A DNA stretch of 64,000 bases from Antedon mediterranea (taxonomy: Eukaryota; Animalia; Echinodermata), in assembly GCF_964355755.1 (NCBI RefSeq), contig NC_092676.1:12882771-12946770 (forward strand), given 5' to 3'. Shown one piece after another: positions 55,501 to 64,000 of the stretch. Position numbers and translations under genes: made by a program. How positions within the stretch are numbered: the stretch's first letter is position 1; the number at the start of each line of letters is the position of its first letter. A model generated the notes under the pieces. It saw nothing but the letters and a program-made list of their open reading frames with translations, had not been told where the DNA came from and ran no database searches.

Positions 55501-58500
55501 CATCAAAGTGCTTAAAATCACATTTAAAACCGTTTTAGAGCATTTTTAGCATTTCGATAAAACTTTTCACACAAAAACATCAAAGTGTACAAAATAGCTT
55601 CAAATCGCATTTAGAGAGGTTTTAGACAATTTTGTGCATTTCGATAAAACTTTTCACACAAAAACATCAAAGTGTACAAAATAGCTTCAAATCGCATTTG
55701 GAGACGTTTTAGACCATTTTGTGTATTTCGATGAAACTTGGTTACACAAAAACATCAAAGTGCTTAAAATCACATTTGAAAGCGTTTTAGAGCATTTTTA
55801 GCATTTCGATAATACTTTTCACACAAAAACATCAAAGTGTACAAAATAGCTTCAAATCGCATTTGGAGACGTTTTAGACCATTTTGTGCATTTCGATGAA
55901 ACTTGGTTACACAAAAACATCAAAGTGCTTAAAATCACATTTAAAACAGTTTTAGAGCATTTTGAGCATTTCGATAAAACTTTTCACACAAAAACATCAA
56001 AGTGTACAAAATAGCTTCAAATCGCATTTAAAGAGGTTTTAGACCATTTTGTGCATTTCGATAAAACTTTTCACACAAAAACATCAAAGTGTACAAAATA
56101 GCTTCAAATCGCATTTAGAGACATTTTAGACCATCTTGTGCATTTCGATAAAACTTTTCACACAAAAACATCAAATTGCACAAAATAGCTTAATATCGTG
56201 TTTGAAAACGTTTTAAACCATTTTGAGCATGTCGATAAAACTTTTCACACAAAAATATCAAAGTGCACAGAATATCTTCAAATCGCATTTAGAGACGTTT
56301 TAGACCATTTTGTGCATTTCGAAAAAATTTGTTAACATAAAAAGACCAAAGTGTTTAGAATATCTCCAAATCGCATTTGGAGACGTTTTAGACCATTTTG
56401 TGCATTTCAATGAAACTTGGTTACACAAAAACATCAAAGTGCTTAAAATCACATTTGAAACCGTTTTAGAGCATTTTTAGCATTTCGATAATACTTTTCA
56501 CACAAAAACATCAAAGTGTACAAAATAGCTTCAAATCGCATTTAGTGAGGTTTTAGACCATTTTGTGCATTTCGATAAAACTTTTCACACAAAAACATCA
56601 AAGTGTACAAAATAGCTTCAAATCGCATTTAGAGACGTTTTAGACCATTTTGTGCATTTCGATAAAACTTTTCACACAAAAACATCAAATTGCACAAAAT
56701 AGCTTAATACCGTGTTTGAAATCGTTTTAAACCATTTTGAGCATGTCGATAAAACTTTTCACAAAAAAAACATCAAAGTGCACAGAATAGCTTCAAATCG
56801 CATTTGGAGACGTTTTAAACCATTTTGAGCATTTCGATAAAACTTTTCACACAAAAACATCAAAGTGTACAAAATAGCTTCCAATCGCATTTAGAGAGGT
56901 TTTAGACCATTTTGTGCATTTCGATAAAACTTTTCACACAAAAACATCAAATTGCACAAAATAGCTTAATATCGTGTTTGAAAACGTTTTAAACCATTTT
57001 GAGCATGTCGATAAAACTTTTCACACAAAAATATCAAAGCGCACAGAATATCTTTAAATCGCATTTAGAGACGTTTTAGACCATTTTGTGCATTTCGAAA
57101 AAATTTGTTAACATAAAAAGACCAAAGTGTTTAGAATATCTCCAAATCGCATTTGGAGACGTTTTAGACCATTTTGTGCATTTCGATGAAACTTGATTAC
57201 ACAAAAACATCAAAGTGCTTAAAATCACATTTAAAACCGTTTTAGAGCGTTTTGAGCATTTCGATAAACTTTTCACACAAAAACATCAAAGTGCACAAAA
57301 TAGCTTCAAATCGCATTTAGAGATGTTTTAGACCATTTTGTGCATTTCGATAAAACTTTTCACACAAAAACATCAAATTGCACAAAATAGCTTAATATCG
57401 TGTTTGAAATCGTTTTAAACCATTTTGAGCATGTCGATAAAACTTTTCACACAAAAACATCAAAGTGCACAAAATATCTTCAAATCGCATTTAGAGACGT
57501 TTTAGACCATTTTGTGCATTTCGAAAAAATTTGTTAACATAAAAAGACCAAAGTGTTTAGAATATCTCCAAATCGCATTTGGAGACGTTTTAGACCATTT
57601 TGTGCATTTCGATGTAACTTGGTTACACAAAAACATCAAAGTGCTTAAAATCACATTTGAAACCGTTTTAGAGCATTTTGAGCATTTCGATGAAACTTTT
57701 CACACAAAAACATCAAAGTGTACAAAATAGCTTCAAATCACATTTGAAACCGTTTTAGACCATTTTGAGCATTTCGATAAAACTTTTCACACAAAAACAT
57801 CAAAGTGTACAAAATAGCTTCAAATCGCATTTGGAGACGTTTTAGACCATTTTGTGCATTTCGATGAAACTTGGTTACACAAAAACATCAAAGTGCTTAA
57901 AATCACATTTGAAACCGTTTTAGACCATTTTGAGCATTTCGATAAAACTTTTCACACAAAAAAATCAAAGTGCACAAAATAGCTTCAAATCGCATTTGGG
58001 GACGTTTTAGACTATTTTGTGCATTTCGAAAAAAATTGTTAACATAAAAAGACCAAAGTGTTTAGAATATCTCCAAATCGCATTTGGAGACGTTTTAAAC
58101 CATTTTGTGCATTTCGATGGAACTTGGTTACACAAAAACATCAAAGTGCTTAAAATCACATTTAAAACCGTTTTAGAGCATTTTTAGCATTTCGATAAAA
58201 CTTTTCACACAAAAACATCAAAGTGTACAAAATAGCTTCAAATCGCATTTAGAGAGGTTTTAGACAATTTTGTGCATTTCGATAAAACTTTTCACACAAA
58301 AACATCAAAGTGTACAAAATAGCTTCAAATTGCATTTAGAGACGTTTTAGACCATTTTGTGCATTTCGATAAAACTTTTCACACAAAAACATCAAATTGC
58401 ACAAAATCGTTTTAAACCATTTTAAATCGTTTTAAACCATTTTGAGCATGTCGATAAAACTTTTCACAAAAAACATCAAAGTGCACAGAATAGCTTCAAA

Positions 58501-61500
58501 TTGCATTTGGAGACGTTTTAGAGCATTTTGTGCATTTCGATAAAATGTGTTAACATAAAAAGACCAAAGTGTTTAGAATATCTTCAAATCACATTTGGAG
58601 ACGTTTTAGACCATTTTTTGCATTTCGATGAAACTTGGTTACACAAAAACATCAAAGTGCTTAAAATCACATTTGAAACCGTTTTAGAGCATTTTGAGCA
58701 TTTCGATAAAACTTTTCACACAAAAACATCAAAGTGTACAAAATAGCTTCAAATCGCATTTAGAGACGTTTTAGACCATTTTTTGCATTTCGATGAAACT
58801 TGGTTACACAAAAACATCAAAGTGCTTAAAATCACATTTAAAACCGTTTTAGAGCATTTTTAGCATTTCGATAAAACTTTTCACACAAAAACATCAAAGT
58901 GTACAAAATAGCTTCAAATCGCATTTAGAGAGGTTTTAGACAATTTTGTGCATTTCGATAAAACTTTTCACAAAAAACATCAAAGTGCACAGAATAGCTT
59001 CAAATTGCATTTGGAGACGTTTTAGAGCATTTTGTGCATTTCGATAAAATGTGTTAACATAAAAAGACCAAAGTGTTTAGAATATCTTCAAATCACATTT
59101 GGAGACGTTTTAGACCATTTTTTGCATTTCGATGAAACTTGGTTACACAAAAACATCAAAGTGCTTAAAATCACATTTGAAACCGTTTTAGAGCATTTTG
59201 AGCATTTCGATAAAACTTTTCACACAAAAACATCAAAGTGTACAAAATAGCTTCAAATCGCATTTAGAGACGTTTTAGACCATTTTGTGCATTTCGAAAA
59301 AATTTGTTAACATAAAAAGACCAAAGTGTTTAGAATATCTCCAAATCGCATTTGGAGACGTTTTAGACCATTTTGTGCATTTCGATGAAACTTGGTTACA
59401 CAAAAACATCAAAGTGCTTAAAATCACATTTGAAACCGTTTTAGAGCATTTTTAGCATTTCGATAATACTTTTCACACAAAAACATCAAAGTGTACAAAA
59501 TAGCTTCAAATCGCATTTGGAGACGTTTTAGACCATTTTGTGCATTTCGATGAAACTTGGTTACACAAAAACATCAAAGTGCTTAAAATCACATTTGAAA
59601 CCGTTTTAGACCATTTTGAGCATTTCGATAAAACTTTTCACACAAAAAAATCAAAGTGCACAAAATAGCTTCAAATCGCATTTGGAGACGTTTTAGACTA
59701 TTTTGTGCATTTTGAAAAAATTTGTTAACATAAAAAGACCAAAGTGTTTAGAATATCTCCAAATCGCATTTGGAGACGTTTTAAACCATTTTGTGCATTT
59801 CGATGGAACTTGGTTACACAAAAACATCAAAGTGCTTAAAATCACATTTAAAACCGTTTTAGAGCATTTTGAGCATTTCGATAAAACTTTTCACACAAAA
59901 ACATAAAAGTGTACAAAATAGCTTCAAATCGCATTTAGAGATGTTTTAGACCATTTTGTGCATTTCGATGAAACTCATCAAAGTGCTTAAAATCACATTT
60001 GAAACCGTTTTAGAGCATTTTGAGCATTTCGATAAAACTTTTCACACAAAAACATCAAAGTGTACAAAATAGCTTCAAATCACATTTGAAACCGTTTTAG
60101 ACCATATTGAGCATTTCGATAAAACTTTTCACACAAAAACATCTTAGTGTACAAAATAGCTTCAAAGCGCATTTGGAGACGTTTTAGACCATTTTGTGTA
60201 TTTCGATGAAACTTGGTTACACAAAAACATCAAAGTGCTTAAAATCACATTTGAAAGCGTTTTAGAGCATTTTTAGCATTTCGATAATACTTTTCACACA
60301 AAAACATCAAAGTGTACAAAATAGCTTCAAATCGCATTTGGAGACGTTTTAGACCATTTTGTGCATTTCGATGAAACTTGGTTACACAAAAACATCAAAG
60401 TGCTTAAAATCACATTTAAAACAGTTTTAGAGCATTTTGAGCATTTCGATAAAACTTTTCACACAAAAACATCAAAGTGTACAAAATAGCTTCAAATCGC
60501 ATTTAAAGAGGTTTTAGACCATTTTGTGCATTTCGATAAAACTTTTCACACAAAAACATCAAAGTGTACAAAATAGCTTCAAATCGCATTTAGAGACGTT
60601 TTAGACCATCTTGTGTATTTCGATAAAACTTTTCACACAAAAACATCAAATTGCACAAAATAGCTTAATATCGTGTTTGAAAACGTTTTAAACCATTTTG
60701 AGCAAGTCGATAAAACTTTTCACACAAAAATATCAAAGTGCACAGAATATCTTCAAATCGCATTTAGAGACGTTTTAGACCATTTTGTGCATTTCGAAAA
60801 AATTTGTTAACATAAAAAGACCAAAGTGTTTAGAATATCTCCAAATCGGATTTGGAGACGTTTTAGACCATTTTGTGCATTTCAATGAAACTTGGTTACA
60901 CAAAAACATCAAAGTGCTTAAAATCACATTTGAAACCGTTTTAGAGCATTTTTAGCATTTCGATAATACTTTTCACACAAAAACATCAAAGTGTAGAAAA
61001 TAGCTTCAAATCGCATTTAGAGAGGTTTTAGACCATTTTGTGCATTTCGATAAAACTTTTCACACAAAAACATCAAAGTGTACAAAATAGCTTCAAATCG
61101 CATTTAGAGACGTTTTAGACCATTTTGTGCATTTCGATAAAACTTTTCACACAAAAACATCAAATTGCACAAAATAGCTTAATACCGTGTTTGAAATCGT
61201 TTTAAACCATTTTGAGCATGTCGATAAAACTTTTCACAAAAAAACATCAAAGTGCACAGAATAGCTTCAAATCGCATTTGGAGACGTTTTAAACCATTTT
61301 GAGCATTTCGATAAAACTTTTCACACAAAAACATCAAAGTGTACAAAATAGCTTCAAATCGCATTTAGAGAGGTTTTAGACCATTTTGTGCATTTCGATA
61401 AAACTTTTCACACAAAAACATCAAATTGCACAAAATAGCTTAATATCGTGTTTGAAAACGTTTTAAACCATTTTGAGCATGTCGATAAAACTTTTCACAC

Positions 61501-64000
61501 AAAAATATCAAAGCGCATAGAATATCTTCAAATCGCATTTAGAGACGTTTTAGACCATTTTGTGCATTTCGAAAAAATTTGTTAACATAAAAAGACCAAA
61601 GTGTTTAGAATATCTCAAAATCGCATTTGGAGACGTTTTAGACCATTTTGTGCATTTCGATGAAACTTGATTACACAAAAACATCAAAGTGCTTAAAATC
61701 ACATTTAAAACCGTTTTAGAGCGTTTTGAGCATTTCGATAAACTTTTCACACAAAAACATCAAAGTGCACAAAATAGCTTCAAATCGCATTTAGAGATGT
61801 TTTAGACCATTTTGTGCATTTCGATAAAACTTTTCACACAAAAACATCAAATTGCACAAAATAGCTTAATATCGTGTTTGAAATCGTTTTAAACCATTTT
61901 GAGCATGTCGATAAAACTTTTCACACAAAAACATCAAAGTGCACAGAATATCTTCAAATCGCATTTAGAGACGTTTTAGACCATTTTGTGCATTTCGAAA
62001 AAATTTGTTAACATAAAAAGACCAAAGTGTTTAGCATATCTCCAAATCGCATTTGGAGACGTTTTAGACCATTTTGTGCATTTCGATGAAACTTGGTTAC
62101 ACAAAAACATCAAAGTGCTTAAAATCACATTTGAAACCGTTTTAGAGCATTTTGAGCATTTCGATAAAACTTTTCACACAAAAACATCAAAGTGTACAAA
62201 ATAGCTTCAAATCACATTTGAAACCGTTTTAGACCATTTTGAGCATTTCGATAAAACTTTTCACACAAAAACATCAAAGTGTACAAAATAGCTTCAAATC
62301 GCATTTGGAGACGTTTTAGACCATTTTGTGCATTTCGATGAAACTTGGTTACACAAAAACATCAAAGTGCTTAAAATCACATTTGAAACCGTTTTAGACC
62401 ATTTTGAGCATTTCGATAAAACTTTTCACACAAAAAAATCAAAGTGCACAAAATAGCTTCAAATCGCATTTGGAGACGTTTTAGACTATTTTGTGCATTT
62501 CGAAAAAATTTGTTAACATAAAAAGACCAAAGTGTTTAGAATATCTCCAAATCGCATTTGGAGACGTTTTAAACCATTTTGTGCATTTCGATAGAACTTG
62601 GTTACACAAAAACATCAAAGTGCTTAAAATCACATTTAAAACCGTTTTAGAGCATTTTGAGCATTTCGATAAAACTTTTCACACAAAAACATCAAAGTGT
62701 ACAAAATAGCTTCAAATCGCATTTAGAGACGTTTTAGACCATTTTGTGCATTTTGATAAAACTTTTCACACAAAAACATCAAATTGCACAAAATAGCTTA
62801 ATATTGTGTTTGAAAACGTTTTAAACCATTTTGAGCATGTCGATAAAACTTTTCACACAAAAATATCAAAGTGCCCAGAATATCTTCAAATCGCATTTAG
62901 AGACGTTTTAGACCATTTTGTGCATTTCGAAAAAATTTGTTAACATAAAAAGACCAAAGTGTTTAGAATATCTCCAAATCGCATTTGGAGACGTTTTAGA
63001 CCATTTTGTGTTTTTCGAAAAAACTTTTCACACAAAAACATCAAAGTGTACAAAATTGCTTCAAATCGCATTTAGAGAGGTTTTAGACCATTTTGTGCAT
63101 TTCGATAAAACTTTTCACACAAAAACATCAAAGTGCACAGAATATCTTAATACCGTGTCTGAAATCGTTTTAAACCATTTTGAGCATGTCGATAAAACTT
63201 TTCACACAAAAACATCAAAGTGCACAGAATATCTTCAAATCGCATTTAGAGACGTTTTAGACCATTTTGTGCATTTCGAAAAAATTTGTTAACATAAAAA
63301 GACCAAAGTGTTTAGAATATCTCCAAATCGCATTTGGAGACGTTTTAGACCATTTTGTGCATTTCGATGAAACTTGGTTACACAAAAACATCAAAGTGCT
63401 TAAAATCACATTTGAAACCGTTTTAGAGCATTTTGAGCATTTCGATAAAACTTTTCACACAAAAACATCAAAGTGTACAAAATAGCTTCAAATCACATTT
63501 GAAACCGTTTTAGACCATTTTGAGCATTTCGATAAAACTTTTCACACAAAAACATCAAAGTGTACAGAATAGCTTCAAATCGCATTTGGAGACGTTTTAG
63601 ACCATTTTGTGCATTTCGATGAAACTTGGTTACACAAAAACATCAAAGTGCTTAAAATCACATTTGAAACCGTTTTAGAGCATTTTTAACATTTCGATAA
63701 TACTTTTCACACAAAAACATCAAAGTGTACAAAATAGCTTCAAATCGCATTTGGAGACGTTTTAGACCATTTTGTGCATTTCGATGAAACTTGGTTACAC
63801 AAAAACATCAAAGTGCTTAAAATCACATTTGAAACCGTTTTAGAGCATTTTGAGCATTTCGATAAAACTTTTCACACAAAAAAATCAAAGTGCACAAAAT
63901 AGCTTCAAATCGCATTTGGAGAGGTTTTAGACCATTTTGTGCATTTCGATAAAACTTTTCACACAAAAACATCAAAGTGTACAAAATAGCTTCAAATCGC
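37599..64000 (+). repeat. Super-repeat copy 2 (predicted 30,157 bp, truncated by window end)
   Basis: Offset to copy 1 is 26164 up to ~49957, then 30157 (24529->54686, 26919->57076, 27355->57512, 33110->63267). Confidence 0.9.
45946..53931 (+). repeat. Direct tandem duplication of 3,993 bp (45946-49938 / 49939-53931)
   Basis: ORF offsets are all 3993: 45970->49963, 47064->51057, 47458->51451, 47829->51822, 48682->52675, 49109->53102, 49458->53451. Confidence 0.93.

Larger units (their letters stand above)
1..64000 (+). repeat. Tandem satellite DNA array, 87-bp base monomer, continuing past both window edges
   Basis: Consensus TTTTAGACCATTTTGTGCATTTCGATAAAACTTTTCACACAAAAACATCAAAGTGTACAAAATAGCTTCAAATCGCATTTAGAGACG recurs throughout, e.g. 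AAATCGC at 2161 and 2248 (87 bp apart). The 124-aa ORFs show a 29-aa (87 nt) period. No non-satellite sequence or strand switch was seen. Confidence 0.99.

Noticed and set aside
596-63485. Dozens of near-identical 61-81 aa ORFs (MCISKKFVNIKRPK..., MRFEAIL..., MKSLSK...) as a tandem small-protein gene family
   Set aside because: They are translations of satellite monomers. Plus-strand ones start at TTG/GTG inside the repeat and mostly end at the TAG in AAAATAGC. Paralogs are broken freely by 1-bp indels and stops, and there is no distinct flanking or intergenic sequence.
1-64000. CRISPR-like array (conserved partly palindromic segment alternating with variable segments)
   Set aside because: The variable parts are homologous variants of one sequence reused many times, not unique spacers. 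There is no leader or cas gene.
1-64000. Assignment to a named satellite (alpha satellite 171 bp, CEN180, CentO, soybean CentGm 91/92 bp) or to telomeric repeats
   Set aside because: Monomer length and sequence do not match any family I can recognise with confidence, and there are no tandem TTAGGG/TTTAGGG runs. A database search is needed.

Overview
All 64 kb is one uninterrupted, head-to-tail, AT-rich (~31% GC) satellite DNA array of roughly 750 monomers in a single orientation. The base monomer is 87 bp, with recurring 88, 78, 85 and 64 bp variants. I see no genes, RNA genes, transposons or CRISPR array, and every ORF in the track is a by-product of the repeat. The interest is the nested architecture. 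Monomer types (named A-E here) follow a constrained order that suggests an ancestral ~427 bp 5-mer. This was reshuffled into kb-scale blocks: a 4.4 kb duplication, a 9.2 kb block present 4 times, and a ~26.2 kb super-repeat whose second copy carries a 3,993 bp tandem duplication. Monomers have dyad symmetry, A/T tracts about every 10 bp and CpG-transition variants. These features are consistent with eukaryotic centromeric or pericentromeric heterochromatin, but that is inference. I cannot name the organism or satellite family, and the sequence does not support a new protein-coding system.
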